Assembly (NCBI GenBank): GCA_043228905.1
Contig: JBHGNT010000005.1
Span: 18,042,001-18,106,000, forward strand
Length of the DNA: 64,000 nucleotides
Source of the DNA: Azolla caroliniana
Taxonomy: Eukaryota; Plantae; Polypodiophyta
Reading direction: 5' to 3'
Below, in pieces: positions 1 to 14,491 of the stretch. A program made the translations under genes and the position numbers. Position 1 is the first letter of the stretch. Each line of letters starts with the position of its first letter. Below the pieces are notes generated by a model that did no database searches, had not been told where the DNA came from, and saw only the letters and a list, made by a program, of their open reading frames with translations.

Positions 1-690
1 AGCCATGCTCAACATATCTTGTAATAGATGCATTACACAAGAGAACATCTTTGTTTGCAAGAATATCCAAATTAATACATCTTGTGTATCTACATCTCGA
101 ACTGAAATATCATCGACTATTTTTTGTGCTTTTTCAAGCTTGCCACATATAGCATACATGTCCAACAAAGCATTCCCAAGCTCAATATTGTCTTCTAATA
201 GCCTCTTACTCATAATTTCAATGTGATTTTCTATGCATGTCAACCACTCTTTCCCTGCCACCTTGGCAAACTTCTCAAGGCCAAAATCATTGTCTCCCAC
301 ATCCTTGTATCTCAAAATCAAAGCGTTGAAAATATTTCTTGTGCCTCACCAAGTAAACCACAAAAAATCTCTGCTAAGCCATGGTCAACCTATCCTGTAA
401 TAGATGCATTCCACAAGAGAACATCTCTGATTGCAAGAATATCAAATACATATTGTGTATCTAACAGAGATCAACACCTACCATACATCCAAGAGACCAC
501 ATCTCAAACTGAATATCATTGACTGTTTTTATTTTTATTTTTTCCTTTTCAAGCTTGCCACATATAGCATATGTCCAACAAAGCATTTCCAAGCTCAATA
601 TTGTCTTCTAGCAGCCTCTTACTCATGATTCCATTGCGAGTTTCTATGCTTGTTAACCACTCCTACAGTGCCACCTGCCTTTAGCAAACT
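1..690 (-). pseudogene. Degenerate PLS-class pentatricopeptide repeat (PPR) gene fragment
   Basis: The minus strand reads 'IENHIEIMSKRLLEDNIELGNALLDMYAICGKLEKAQK' (~125-245), with a frameshifted second copy at ~548-660, plus 'RDVLLWNASITG'. These are typical PPR motifs, broken by stops and indels. The fragment runs off the window edge. Confidence 0.8.
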
Positions 691-3112
691 TACAAAGGTT
701 ATTACATCCAAAAAAAGGAAGAACATCATTTTGCATTTGTTCAACAACTAAGAGACCTTTTGCTAGATATATGAAGATGTTCGATTGCATATGTTGTGTA
801 CGTGCTTTGAAAATCTAGGCTAAATTCTAATCGTAACCTATCTCTACTAATTAATCGAGTTGGTTTGTAGCTATGTAGCAACAAAGTGAATTGTTTCATA
901 GCTAGGTAGCTAGAAAGTTACTCAAATAACTTTTTGAGTAGCTTGGTCCTATGGCAACTACTTAGATTGGTGGTAGGTTTGTGTAGCTCTTCCCTATACA
1001 TTTTATGCCATTTGGAAGTAGATGGGCCAAGTTCAATTGTGAACCTTGTTATTAAGATCGATATGGGTGTAGCACAAAGTGAGAGTCATATTGCAAATTT
1101 GGAGATATGGGTTCGAATATTGTTTCATGCCAACTAAACATGCAATCCTAGTAACTCTTGTCAGTTTGTAGATGACAAAACATCCTTTAGTAGATAGTTA
1201 TTGACAAAACATTTCCTCAAACAGCCGTAAGTTTTCTTGAACGTAGATCAACACGAGAACATCAACCTACGTCCCTTGCGAAACCGTAATGTTGTCATAA
1301 ATACAATGACATGATTCAATGGGTATGGAAAATCCTAAACAAATATATACGCATCAAAATTGTGTATTTTCACAAACCAAATAGAGTATATATTTAAAAT
1401 GACGATGATTAAGGGGGCGGTTGTAAATCTATATTTACAAGTAAATAAATTGAGAGAGAGTTATATGGTGGGATCAAATATAACGTGATTGAGTTTGACA
1501 TTATGACTCCTTGAACTCCTCTAATCCCCAACCCTTGAAAAACCCTATCAAAACTCACAAGTAGACTGTAGGACGCTACAACTATTCTAACCCTAGAGCT
1601 AAAGTTCTTGAACTTTGAGCTCCTTGAATAACATCAAATAGTGAGAACTAAAAACATAAACTCGTGAATAAGGAACCCCCAAAAATTAGCTTATCTCTTC
1701 TTTTGTTAGACTTTATCACATTTCTTCTCACTTGCCTAATTTACAATATGCTTTTTTATTTGTGAATGGCACCTAATTCGATGTAACTAGTCATTTTTTA
1801 CATTGTCATCCAAAAGTAAAATTTTGTATTTTGTTCCACTTAGATAATGAAACCTAGAACTCTTGTTTTAACAACCTTTTACTTTAAAAGAAACTAAACT
1901 AATGGTTTTTGTTGATATTTTTTTATTATAAGAGTATTTCCATGCAACACTTTTCTTACCTTTCTTTCTCCATTCAATTCTCTTGTGATCTAATTGCATC
2001 ACGACAACCTATGAACCTTGCTATTCAACCAATAATCTAGTATATATAAATTTAAAGGATTCTCCTACAAATACCAAGGCTATGACCACCCCCATTGGAG
2101 CCTCACATTTAACCTCAATCGAGGACGAACTTGGTGGTAGATCCAGCCACAAAAATGTATTCATGAAAGACAAGATTCAAATTTGGCATCTTCAATGTAT
2201 GAAGCATTTTATTTACAAATAGGGTAACTACCATTGAGTTTTTAATTTTTCTTATATAGATTTTACATATTGAATACACAATAAAACATAGAACCAAACC
2301 ACAAGGACAAAACCTATGGTTTCAATGTTGGAAGCCCATGGTTTTGTGCATGCCACAAAGTAACCACAGTTAACCTCAAAATAACCATGGTTTTCATGGT
2401 TCCAAGGTATGATATAAGACCATAGTAGGGCTTGGATATGATATCATCTTGTCCTAAATGATCAGTCATCTATCATTTGAGTGACGTGAGTATTCTTTGA
2501 GTAATTCAAGCCATCTTTGAGTTTTCCTAACCATCTCTTGGTTTAGAACCTTGTCAGTTCCACCCATGCACACATGGATCTAAAGCTTTTAGTCATGACA
2601 ACACTTGTGCTTTGAAGGGATGCCCATATTTGTGCACCAAGCTACTCACACTCTCTTTGCCACTCGATGAAAATCACACTTCAAGGAAGAGGAAAATAAA
2701 TAAACAAGTGAAAACATAAATAGAAGGATCAACAAGAGAGATCAAATACGAATAAACTCTTAGTTACAATGGCTAATCCTTATAGCTTAGGGTGAAATGA
2801 GAAATACAACGTGAAAAATATGCGAAAGAGGTAGAGATGGAATCCTTGTGTCTCAATGTGTTGAGCTTTTCAATCGGCAACTAGTTGCCTTTTGTTGATT
2901 TCATCCCTTTCGACCACTATCATTTGTATCCTCCTCTCCCAACTTTGTTTTTGCCTCTCACGCTTCTTTAGCTGGAACCAAGTTACCGTAAAATCCGATC
3001 CTGACCACAGAAAAAGTCGGAACCCCACCTTAATAGTTGTCATGATGATTATTATTGAAGAAGAAGTGCACAAGTAATTGTAAGGATAAATTGGGGTGGG
3101 GTGGGGTGTAAG

Positions 3113-3603
3113 TAACAATCGACAACTGTTCGGTTCGGTTCGAGAGTGTCCAAACCGAATCGTTTAAAAATCTTGAAACCTCAACCGAACCATGAAACCA
3201 TTAAACCGAACCATTTGATAAAAATCCAAACTGTTAAACCATAAACCACTAAAACCGTTGTTCCAGTTTTCAACTTAAGTCAAAATTCAAAATTTTAATT
3301 TTTCAAAATTGTAAAGTTTTTTCGTAAAATGTGAGAATTAGGCTTAAAAATAAAAAGGTTGTTTTAAAAAAATTAATTTAATTTTTAATTTTTTTTAAAA
3401 TAAAAAAACCCATCAAACTGTTTAACTGCAGTTTTAAACCATTAAAACTGAACTGAAACAAATCGAACCATTCACCCTCCAAACCTAACCGAACCATTTA
3501 CAAAAACTTGAACTTGAACCACAACCAAACTGAACCATTTAAACCATTATGCCATGGTTTCGTGGTTCAGTTTGGTTCGGAATTGAATCGTTGCCGATTT
3601 TTA
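3113..3603. mobile_element. hAT-type MITE 1 (non-autonomous)
   Basis: 8-bp TSD GGTGTAAG (3105-3112, 3604-3611). Imperfect 14-bp TIR TAACAATCGACAAC / GTTGCCGATTTTTA. Many subterminal AACCG/CGGTT motifs. Confidence 0.85.
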
Positions 3604-3871
3604 GGTGTAAGAGAAGAAGAAGATGATGCAAAAAAAATGGAGGTTTTCCAACCACATTGTCCAACCCTAACCCTCCTACTCAAGAGGAGGAAGAATAAAC
3701 TCCTCTCTCAAACCCCTAGAAGAAAACAATAAAAAAATAAAGAACCCCCTTATTTTATCTCTCACCATCCCCTTTTGTAGCGAGAGGAAAAAGAGGCCCA
3801 TCTGCCCCCTTTCCCATCTAGATAGGAAAAGGGTAGATTTCTCGCATGCATGCGCTTCCCAAGGTTCAAAC

Positions 3872-4389
3872 TAGCAATGGGCACTGTTCGGTTTCGGTTC
3901 GATTCGATTTTAAGGCAAAGAAATTGAACCGAACCAAAACCAAACCGTTTATATAAAACAAAAACCAAACCAAACTGTTTATAAACTCTCAAGTATTTAA
4001 ACCAAACCATTTAGGGAAAAGTTGAAACCAAATCGAACCATTTAATAAAAATTTAAACCTAACTATATAAGTGAAACAAAAATACATTAAATCAAATAAG
4101 CATTTAAGTTAAATGTATTAAATCAATAAAAGAAACATTAAATTAAATAAACATTTAAATTAAATTAATTAAATCAATCAAAAACTATTAAATTAATAAA
4201 CTATTAAGGTAAAAAAAAAGTTAACTAAAAACCTATAAACCTGAGTTTTAGAACTGAACTAAACCAAAACCGAACCATTTATTGAAAATCTAAACCAAAC
4301 CAAACCATTAATTTTTTTAGAACCAATAAATCGTTAAACCATGGCTTAACGGTTCGGTTCAATTTGAGTTGAAACCATGCCCATTGCTA
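3872..4389. mobile_element. hAT-type MITE 2 (non-autonomous)
   Basis: 8-bp TSD GTTCAAAC (3864-3871, 4390-4397). Perfect 12-bp TIR TAGCAATGGGCA / TGCCCATTGCTA. AACCG repeats, AT-rich core. Confidence 0.92.
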
Positions 4390-4569
4390 GTTCAAACCGT
4401 TCCCCTCTCCTTGGATACACAATAAGTAGTCTTATTGATTTAGATATTCAACTTTTGTTAATTTATTTTTCTTTTCATATATGTATATTTATACTTTTTT
4501 ATGAATGTCCCCTTTCTACCCCTAGACCCGCTACATCATGATTGCATCTTCTCGATTGAAGCAACTCTA

Positions 4570-5900
4570 TTGTCTTTGCGTCAACAAAACTTGAGTTTCC
4601 AAAACCCCCAAAATGAAGCAAAGATCAACTTACCATGAAAATTTGATAATACCTAATCTCAATTTTGATGATTTATAAACTTGGTATAATAATTTCATGA
4701 TTTGTGCCATTATTAAAAAAGAAATCTCCCTTTCTAGATGAATTTAATGGTTTTATCAAAGAATTCCAAGCAAGTTTTAGGATGTGAATAATGTAATCTA
4801 ACAACTATCAACAAGGTTTGAAAGATTGTGACAAGGAAAATGACCTTGCCTTGACTTATGCATCATATTTTTTCCTTCTTGCATATGATATTCCTTGGAT
4901 GAAGAAGCATTAATGGACCAATTTTTCGTGGGCTATGTAATGATGTTAAGTATTTACTTCTAAATTTCCATGAAGATTCAAAATCTTTGACGTATCCATT
5001 AGTTGAGCAGTACTATATGATAAATCAATATTTTGAATGACGTTTAGAATGACAACAAATACTACACTCAAGGACAGAGAAAACTTATGCATTTGTGGTA
5101 ATAGTCCCACCTTCAAGCCCTGCTCAACAACCTATCACAATTATAAAATGCAATCTCATTCTGATATTGTAGATTGGTGTAGTTGCATGTTATGAAGAGC
5201 CATTGACTGAAGCTAAAAATATTCAATTAATGGTGGAAAAAACTAATGCATCTATGGTAATGGAAAATACTATGCTCAAGGACGAAGCAAACTTATGAAC
5301 CTTTGGTAGAAATCCGACCTTCAAGCCCGCTTAAGCAGCTAATATAGTTATAAAAGCTGGCCCTATTACAAGCAGATTGATGTGGCACATTGTCAAGGGC
5401 CATTGACTGAAGCAATATGATGTGATAATTGACTATTTGAAGCCCATTGTGAATGACAACAAATAGTACTCTCAAGAATGAAGCAAACTTATGCATCCAT
5501 GATGGTAGCCCACCTTCAACCCCAACTCAAACACTTAACATGGCAGCCCCATTCAAATGGAGATTGATGTAGCACATCATTGCGGGTCATTGATTGAAGC
5601 TATAAAGAAGGCTTAGTAATGTTGAGAAAAATGTTTATGTCTATTTTGAGATGGTTCATGACACATAGTAATAAATTGTCCACATTGACCTAGACAACCA
5701 ATTAATCACTTACGTGCTAAAGTTTATCTTCATTCTCCAAATATGTACATCTAACCATGATCCAAGTAATGTTAGTAGCTTGCACTTGAGTGCTAAAGTT
5801 TTAAGTCCATAGCCAATTAGATGAAGTGTTAAACAAGTAAGTCCAACCAAAATAGGAGCCATTTGATTGGACAACCCAAAATTCATAAACTAAATCCAAA
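4570..5900 (+). mobile_element. Highly decayed Ty3/gypsy gag remnant with internal imperfect repeats
   Basis: Broken translations 'AKINLP*KFD', 'LDEFNGFIKEFQASF', 'AYDIPW.DEEALMDQF', 'MEIDVA'. The segment gacaacaaata...cttatgcat...ccaccttcaa recurs about three times. Confidence 0.55.
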
Positions 5901-6399
5901 ATAATGGTTCCACTACGTCAACATTGAGTTAGTAGGGTTTTGGCAGCATAAGTTGAAATTATACTTCTAGATGTCCTCAACTCATTGCCTTTGCTCTCTT
6001 AGATTTACAAGCCAACTCTTGCTTCATAAACTGAAAATTTGATTTAATATAGAAAATCCTCTTAAAAAGTTGCCTTGTCCAACATTTATCACAATCGTCG
6101 GTGGTCGACCTATTGCCAACTTTGAGACAAATTTCAAGATGAATCGTCACCCTCATTGAATTCAATTTTAAGGTAATAGTATGAAAAGGAAATTTAGTCC
6201 ATTTCCTTCCAGCCCATTTTTCAAGACTAACAAGCGAAGAAGAGGTTGCAAGCTTCTAGGAGGAGCCACCAAATGCAACCCTCTTCACTATCGATGTGGT
6301 GCCAGCTTGGGCATCTAACATTGTACGAGTACTCAACGAAGGGGCACTATATTTATAACAACTAAGCCGAGAAACCTCCCAAGTACTATGGTGAAAGTG

Positions 6400-7330
6400 C
6401 GAACTGTTAACCATGATAAGAGGAAACTATATAGAAGGGGGAGTGATGACATTTTACGATGATGCATAGTCGATCATGATTTAATCGCAATAATCAAACA
6501 AGCACATTATGGCATCCAAAACGGCCACTTTAGGTATGAAACCTTGACAAGTAAAGTCCTCCATGAAGATCTCTAGTGGCCAACCTTTTTTAAAAGATGT
6601 ATCTGAATATATCAAGTAATGCGATGAATGTCAACAACATAAACACCCATTGTAGTGGAATACAATACCCTGCACCTAGTAGTGGCATAGTTATCATTTG
6701 AGAAAGGGAGCATCGATTTCATTAGCCCGATTAGTCCAATATCTAAACCTAAATCGTTATATCATAACCATGACTAATTACTACACAAAATGGGCCAAAG
6801 CAAAGGCATGTCAAATAACATGTGCACAAACACGTGGTTCAACTGCCTTTTGGAGTTGATTAGCGACCAAGGCACCCACTTGTTAAACGAAGTTGTCACT
6901 CATGTCCTTAGGGAGTTCATGGTGGTGCATTAGAAAAGTTCACCTTACTACCTTTGTTGTATTGGACAAGTAGAAAGCACCAATAAAGTGTTGTGCATGG
7001 TCCTCACCAAGATCGTCGTTGCACCTAGAATGCCTAATAGAGACTAGTTTTGTCAACTTTCCAAGATCTCCTTATAAAAAAGGAAAATTGAAATGCTTGG
7101 CATGACAACAAGGTCAAAGAAAAAGACCTCAAGGAAGGGAATATGGTGCTAAAATTCGCCTCTCAGAGGCATAAGAAACAACTCAAACAAAGAGGTGAAA
7201 GACCCTATATTGCATCAACTATGACAAAGATAGGTGAATGCATGTTGTGAACACTAGATGGACTCAACCTCCTAGGCTTTGTCAATCAAAGTAAGCTCAA
7301 ACTATACTACAAACCACTTACACTTGAAGC
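6400..7330 (+). mobile_element. Decayed Ty3/gypsy integrase remnant
   Basis: Broken motifs 'CDECQQ', 'FEKGSIDFISPI', 'TNYYTKWAKAKA', 'LISDQGTHL', 'PYYLCCIGQVESTNKVL'. Confidence 0.65.
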
Positions 7331-10300
7331 TTTACTTACCAAAAGGAAACATGCAAATGCTCCACGATTGGAAGCACCTACACCACGATTGGAAGTTGAT
7401 CAATGCTCAAGTCTTGCCACCAAAAGTCTTATATACAACTTGCATATTGGGACAAGATTGATATCCAACTAGCCAATGCATATGATCATGCCTAACAAAT
7501 ATGCAATATGCTTCGAGTTACATGCATAACCATAATTGATCATGAGATAGGTTTTCCACAGTTTTCCCTAATTTCATGATGAATATGTGTGGGTTAATTC
7601 TGAAAGGAATAAGAGTGTGAATTGTAATATTCAATTCTATGGTGTGGGATAATTATTGTGTTATCACTTGACCACTTCAAATAAAATAGTCAAGCGCGAA
7701 CACACTAGGGCCTATGGTTTTTTCCTATATAAGGAGGCTAACTACCTTCTTGTCAAGTGAAGCTTGACTTATGTTGAGACTATGACAATGTGGCTATGGC
7801 TCTTGTTAGCTAAGCACATGCGATCCTCGCAGGACCCAAGGTATGGCTTGCATCAACCCTCGATGGTACGGGATATTGAGGCGGTTTGAGTCTGTCTCAT
7901 GCCGTTACTAGGGGATGGTCGGGTGGTTTGGCACCCCCTTTTCATTTCTTTTGCAATAAATCATTATGTTTTGCTTAATTAATTAGTTGAACTCTAAAAC
8001 TTCCCAAGACCCAACAATATTGAGGAAAGATTGAGCAAGATGCCAAATGACTACATCATGACTCCCATCAACACGGAGGATGTCCTCACCAATGACGCAA
8101 TTGACTCCCATGAGAGATATCAATGGTTTGGTCATTATTTACCTTGCTGTTGTTGAAATGGGCAAGAGTGGTTATCAAGCACTCTTGAGTTCCCAAAAAT
8201 CATGTATTGAATTTAATTGAACTCTTCCTCTCCTATATTTAATAGTTACCTAGACTAAGAAATTAATTAGTTCCACAATCTAGCTTAATCATAGTTCACC
8301 ATGTAAAAATGTTGTGTTGTCCCTCCTCATGGGAGTTGAGAGTCGGCTAAGGGCCAGAAGCTGGTCAGAAGCCGGCTAACGCCTAATAGCCATTTGAGAA
8401 TCGGCAAAGGGCCAAAGATGTAAATATATATAATTATACATAAATGTGTGTGTGTATATATATTATATGCACTAGGGCAAGAAAAGAGATATAGATAGTG
8501 TGCACGACTATGCGTATCAGAGTGTGCAACGAAGTAACAAAAAAGAAGACAGAGAGAGTGAATGCAACAGAGAACAATGCTGGTGTGGTGGCACGTAAGT
8601 CGGATTTGTTTAGATCGACAACTACTTTGGCTAAGCAACAAAATAGGTTGTATTGTTCTAGTTCTTTACTATTTCTTTGTGTTTCCATCTATTATGTGAG
8701 ACGAAGAATCTAGTCAAGGTTGTGGCTTTGAAAGTTTGATGGTCCCCTAGTGATATTGGGAGATTGTAACAGATTGTATACTCCAACTATAGTGGAAGTT
8801 TTGGTACCTTGAGGGTCCCATGGTTTTTTCCCATTTTAGGGTTTCCACGTAAAATCTTGTGTCTTCGTTTTTCAGTTATTTTTCCAGACCTTACTCACAT
8901 CAATCTAGTATTAGAGTGATGTTTTAATGGATAGGAAAAATAGTATGTTTCAGGGGATGATCATACTAAACTCCAATAATTATTCCGACTGGAAATTAAG
9001 ATGGAGGAACTCCTAATAGTGAGACACTTGTATGAGCTGATAGATAGGAGGGAAATACCAAGAGGGGTAATAGAGTCTGAGTGGTGAATCCTTAATTGAA
9101 AGGCCGTAGCAACCATAAGACAATTTGTAGATGTGAGCATACTCCAACATGTGGCAAATGACACAAATGCCTATGATCTATGGCATAAGCTTTTTGGCAT
9201 GTATGAGAGAAAGAATGCTCTTAACAAGGCATTGCTAATGAGAAAATTGGTGAGGTTGAAGTACACAGATGGTGAGAGCATTGTAGTTCACACTAGTACT
9301 TTCATGGGTTTAGTGAACCAACTAGCCTCAACCAAGATGCCTTTAGATGATGAACTACAAGCCTTGTTGCTACTTTCTTCCCTATCGGATAGTTGAGAAA
9401 CCATAGTATTGTCCCTAAGCAACTCTTGTCAAGAAGAGAATTTGTCTTTAGAGGTAGTAAAGACAAGACTTCTTTTGAATGAAGAGACAAGAAGAAAAGA
9501 AATGGGTCCCTCGTCTCAATCAGATTCAACAAATGTGGTACAAGATCCCAGTAGAGGAAGGAGTAGGCAAAGAGGATCTCAGAATTGTGACTAGCCTAGA
9601 GGGAGGTCAAAATCTAAGGGAAAACTCATGTGTTTCTACTTTGGGAAATCGAGACATTTCCAAAAGAATTGTTGACACTTTAAGAGAGACAAAGGAAATG
9701 TTGATATTGTTGAGATGAGGAAAATGTCAGAAGAGAAAAGCACCTCAGCCATTGCAGCCAATGACGAAGAGTTGTTCATTAGTGAAAAAACTTATGTAAA
9801 TCTTGTTAGTGATGAGTGCACTTGGGTTATAGATTCTAATGCATCTTTTCACCTGTCTCCCAATAGGGAATGATTCTCATCTTACACATCTGGTGAGTAT
9901 GGTGATGTAAAAATGGGAAATGACGGTTCATGCGAGATAGTTGCCATAGGAACTGTTTGTTTGCCGACATCTACTAGCTTCAGGTTAATGTTGAAAGATG
10001 TACGCCATGTTCTGGATGTTAGATTGAATATGATATCGGCTATATGGATTGATGATGAAGGCTACAATGGTAGCTTTAGAATGGCGCATTGAAATTTTGT
10101 AAGGGAAGCCTAATTGTGGCTCGGGCACAAAAAGAAAATACATTGTATGTAATGCATGCAAAATTGTGTGGAGATGAAGCAATTGTTAGTTGGTGAGTTA
10201 TGGCACAAAAGGTTTGGCCACACGAGAGAGAGGGGAATGTATATGCTAGCTACGAAGGAGCTTCTCCCAAAACTGAAAGATATGCATCTGAAACAATGTA

Positions 10301-13300
10301 TTGATTGCTTGGATAGTAAGAAAAACAAGGATTCCTTTCACTCTAGGCCTCAGATGAGAAGAAAACATGATTTAGAACTGGTACATATAGATGTATGCTA
10401 TGTGGATGCAAACTCACATCGTGGTACACAATATTTTGTAACTTTCATTGATGATTACAATAGAAAGTTGTGGGCTTTCATGCTTAAAGGGTAAAGACCA
10501 AGTGTTGTCGGTCTTTAAGAAGTTCCATGCTAGGGCAGAAAGAGAATCTGGACAGAAGTTGAAGGTTGTCCGGATTGATAACGGTGGTGAGTACAAGGGC
10601 TAGTTTGAGTTGTATTGCAAGAGTCAAGGTATCAAACTTGAGTATAGTGCTCGAGACACCTGACATGAATGGTTTGACAAAGAGGATGAACAAGACCATA
10701 ATGGAAAGGGTGAGAAGCATACTATCACATGCCAAACTACCGAAGTCATACTGGGCTACAATTGTTTATCTCATAAATAGGTTCCTCTTAGTGCCTCTAG
10801 ATGGTGATGTCCCATATGTTAGGAAACAAGTCCCTCTGAATGGGAAGTATGCATGAGTTGGATTAGAGTCCGGAAAAGAAACTAGATCCGGAGCTAGACT
10901 GACTGGAAGGCATTCGATAGAATCCGGAGAGGTATCCGGAAGTGAACATATTTGTAAATATGTTTTGGCACGCCTAAGACAGGCTATATTTGTAAATAGC
11001 CCATACAATGTATAAGTATAAATACACTTAGGGCTAATTTGTAAAGTGTGATGACAAACTGAGAGTAGGAGTGAGCGAAGGTAGAGTGTGAGTGGTAACT
11101 CTGTTGTAATCGTTGCTTGACAAAGAGGAGCAAGGTTGTTGCCTTAGAGTCTCTTGTGTATTCTCCCTACTATAGCGATTACTTGGAGTTCGTGGAATCC
11201 CGTGGTGGTTTCCCTTTCTGGGTTTTCCACGCTAACATCTTGTGTCTCTGTGCTTTTCTTGTCTTACTGTTCTATTGAGCTCTACATCTCTCTCATTAGC
11301 ATATGTAGACCGGTTGTGGCCGGCTTCATATTTCACATTTATTCTAACAAATGGTATTAGAGGGCGATGAATGAGCATCTTGGTGGAATGTTCAAGTTAA
11401 TCGGCTCTACCTATTCTGTGGGGAAGTCTAAGATGCGGGACATGTTGGTGTACAGAGACCTTTGGCTGCCGGTGTAGTTTGGGAATGGAAGGCTAGAAAA
11501 AATTGATGCATCGACCTGGGAGGTAATGCATATGAAGATGATGACATATATCACATGTTTAATAGACATGAGTCTATATAACAAATTCAATGAAGAGACC
11601 ACGAGAGACGTCCTATGGAAGAAGATCGGCATAATGTTTGAGAACAAGAATGCCGTCAACAAAGTCTTAGTATTCCGAAAGATTGTGAGACTCCAGTATC
11701 AAGATGGCTCATGCATGGCAGAGCATCTGAATGTCTTCCATGGAATAATAAATAAAACCACCTCTCTAGAAGTACGTCTTGCTGACGAGGTATTTGCATT
11801 ATTGCTGCTGGGATCCCTTTTGGATAGCCAGGAAACACTGGTTGTCACATTGGGCAACACCGGGCTAGAAGGGAAACATTTATCCCTAGAGATAGTGAAG
11901 TCGAGCTTACTAAATGAAGAAGCTCACTTGAAGGACAGAGAGCCCATAACCGACCCAAAGGCCTTAGTCACAGAAGGTGACATGAATGGAGGCAGAGGCC
12001 GGAGTAGAAGTCCCCAAAACCGGGATAAGTCGAGAACAAGGTCGAAGTTCTGGGAAGCTGGGGCACTTCCAAAAGAATTGCCGACACTTCCAAAAAGATA
12101 AAGAGGGAGTTGATGGTGCAGAGCCAAAGAAGATTTTGGACAGAAAAGGCACCTCAACGATTGCGACAAGTGAGGAGTTGTTGCTGATTAGCGAGCAAAA
12201 TGAAGTGAACCTTGTTAGCGACGAAACAACGTGAGTGGTCGACTCCGGAGCGTCGTTCCACTTGACCCCCAACCATAACTGCTTCTCATCATACAAAGCC
12301 GAAGACCATGGTTTTGTGAAGATGGGGAATGAAGAAGCATGCTGAATCGTTGGTATTGGAGATGTGTGCTTGTTAACTTCAACTAGGTGCAAATTGGTGT
12401 TGAAGGATGTGTGTCACGTTTCGGAGGTCAGATTGAATCTAATATCAGTTGGTTGGCTGGATGAAGAAGGCTACATGGGTAGCATTCGGAATGACACTCT
12501 TAAGTTCTGCAAGGGAAACCTGATCGTGGCCCGAGCTTGGAAGACAAACACATTGTATCTGATGCATGCTCGATTATGCCGGGAGGAAACAAATGTGGCA
12601 GTTGGCACAACTGGTCAACTATGGCACAAGAGGTTATTCCACATGAGTGAGAAGGGGATGTAGAAGCTTGTTGATGATGATCTCATTTCAGAGGTGAAGA
12701 ATGTGTAGCTTGACAAGTGCACATATTGTTTGGCCAGCAAGTAGAACATAACCGCTTTCCGATCCTGAACCCCAATGAGAAAGAAGGCACCACTAGAACT
12801 CATGCATATGGATGTATGTTACGTGGACACTAAGTCACATGTCGGTTCACAATATTTTGTGACCTTCATAGATTACTATAGGCGGAAGTTGTGGGCTTCC
12901 GTACTAAAGACGAAGGACCAACCACTATCCGTCTTCAAGGAGTTCCAAGCAAGGCTAAGAGAGAAACTGGCCGGAAGATAAAAATGATTCAAGCAGATAA
13001 CGGATGTGAATACCGAGGGCAATTCAAGGAGTACTGCCGGTCGAAGGGAATCTGACTCGAATACACTGTGTCGAAGATGCCAGAGCTGAACTGGACCATC
13101 ATGGAGAGATTCTGGGGCAGGCTTGCACATGTAAAGCTATCCAAGACATTTTGGTCAGAAGCGCTAATGACATCGATTTACGTGATAAATAGATCACCCT
13201 CAGTACCCTTGGATGGAGATATTCCACAGAGAGCATGGATTGCAAAGGCGCCTTTTACCGACATCTAAGGGAGTTCGGCGATCTTGCCTATCTGCATGTT

Positions 13301-13736
13301 GCAAAGGACCAAAGGAGAAAACCAGACCCCAAGATTCGGCCATTTGGATATGGTGACAACGAGTTTGGCTAACGGTTGTGGGACTTAGCCAAGAAGAAAG
13401 TCATAACGAGTCGGGACATAGTCTTCATGGAAGAAAAGACTATTGCCGATTGGGAGAAGGAGAAGCCAAGATCATCCTCTGAATTGATTGGAAGGAAACA
13501 ACCTAACAAAATAAGAGCCCAATCGACTGGAAGCCAGATGCTAGCCGAAGAACAAAGTGAACCGGATGGATTCGGAAAAGGAACTGGATTGGTTGAAAGA
13601 GAACTGGAAGTCAAATCCGAACAGGGATTCAGATTGGTCCAGTTGCATCTGGCTAGATCCGAAGAAGAAGCCGACTCAGAATTGGATGAGGAACCAGCTG
13701 AAGAGGAAGGACTGGGCGAACTGACTGAGGAAAACA

Positions 13737-14491
13737 TGTTGGGAGACATGTCCCTCCGGATGGGAAGGGAGAAGAACAGTGCTGATGAGCAAACTCAGCC
13801 GAGGCCGAGACCGGATGAGGAGTACCTGGCTACGGAGAGTCGGATGGTGCAGACCCGGTGAGAACCGGATGAGGAGTACCCGGCTACGGAGAGCCGGATG
13901 GTGCAGACCCGGTGAGAACTGGATGAGGAGTACCCGGCTACGGAGAGCCGGATGGTGCAGACCCAGTGAGAACCGGATGAAGAGTACCCGGCTACGGAGA
14001 GCCGGATGGTGAAGACCCGGTGAGGAGTGCTCACCGGATGAAGAGACATATTCGTAAATATGTTTCTGAGAGTCCATCGAGGCTATATTTGTAAATAGCC
14101 AAAAAGTCATATTAGTATAAATATGACTTAGGGCAAACTTTTGGTGTGGTTGTCATTCTTGTTGGTGTAAGAAGAGAGTGTGCGTAACAGTGTACAGAGA
14201 GTGAGAGAGAGAGCAAGAGGTCATTGCCTCTGTAGTAACCGCCACTTGTGGCGAAGGTCGTGAGCGTGAGGTCGTTGCCTCCGTGAGCTCACTGTTGTAA
14301 TCATTGTGATATTGTGATAGTTTGGAGTCTGTGGACTCCCGTGGTTTTTTCCTCTCAGGGTTTTCCACGTTAAACATCCTGTGTACTTTTCTCTCCTTTG
14401 TGTTGTGTCCTCACCTTTCCCGTTTTCTGTGTATGATTCTAAGCTCGGTTGTGGCTGAGCGTTGCGCATAAGGAGCATTTAGTTCTTGTCA
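13737..14491 (+). mobile_element. Solo LTR (copia family) inserted in element B
   Basis: TGTT...TGTCA termini with TSD AAACA (13732-13736, 14492-14496). Removing it restores the host frame 'LTEENKGRRY'. Confidence 0.9.
13807..14021 (+). repeat. 54-bp tandem repeat (4 copies) in the U3 of the solo LTR
   Basis: Unit GAGAACCGGATGAGGAGTACCCGGCTACGGAGAGCCGGATGGTGCAGACCCGGT, seen as an 18-aa period in the ORF track. Confidence 0.92.

Noticed and set aside
700-3100. Short ORFs in AT-rich intergenic DNA
   Set aside because: No recognisable domains or exon structure.
13779-14110. Repetitive ORFs on both strands
   Set aside because: By-products of the 54-bp LTR repeat.
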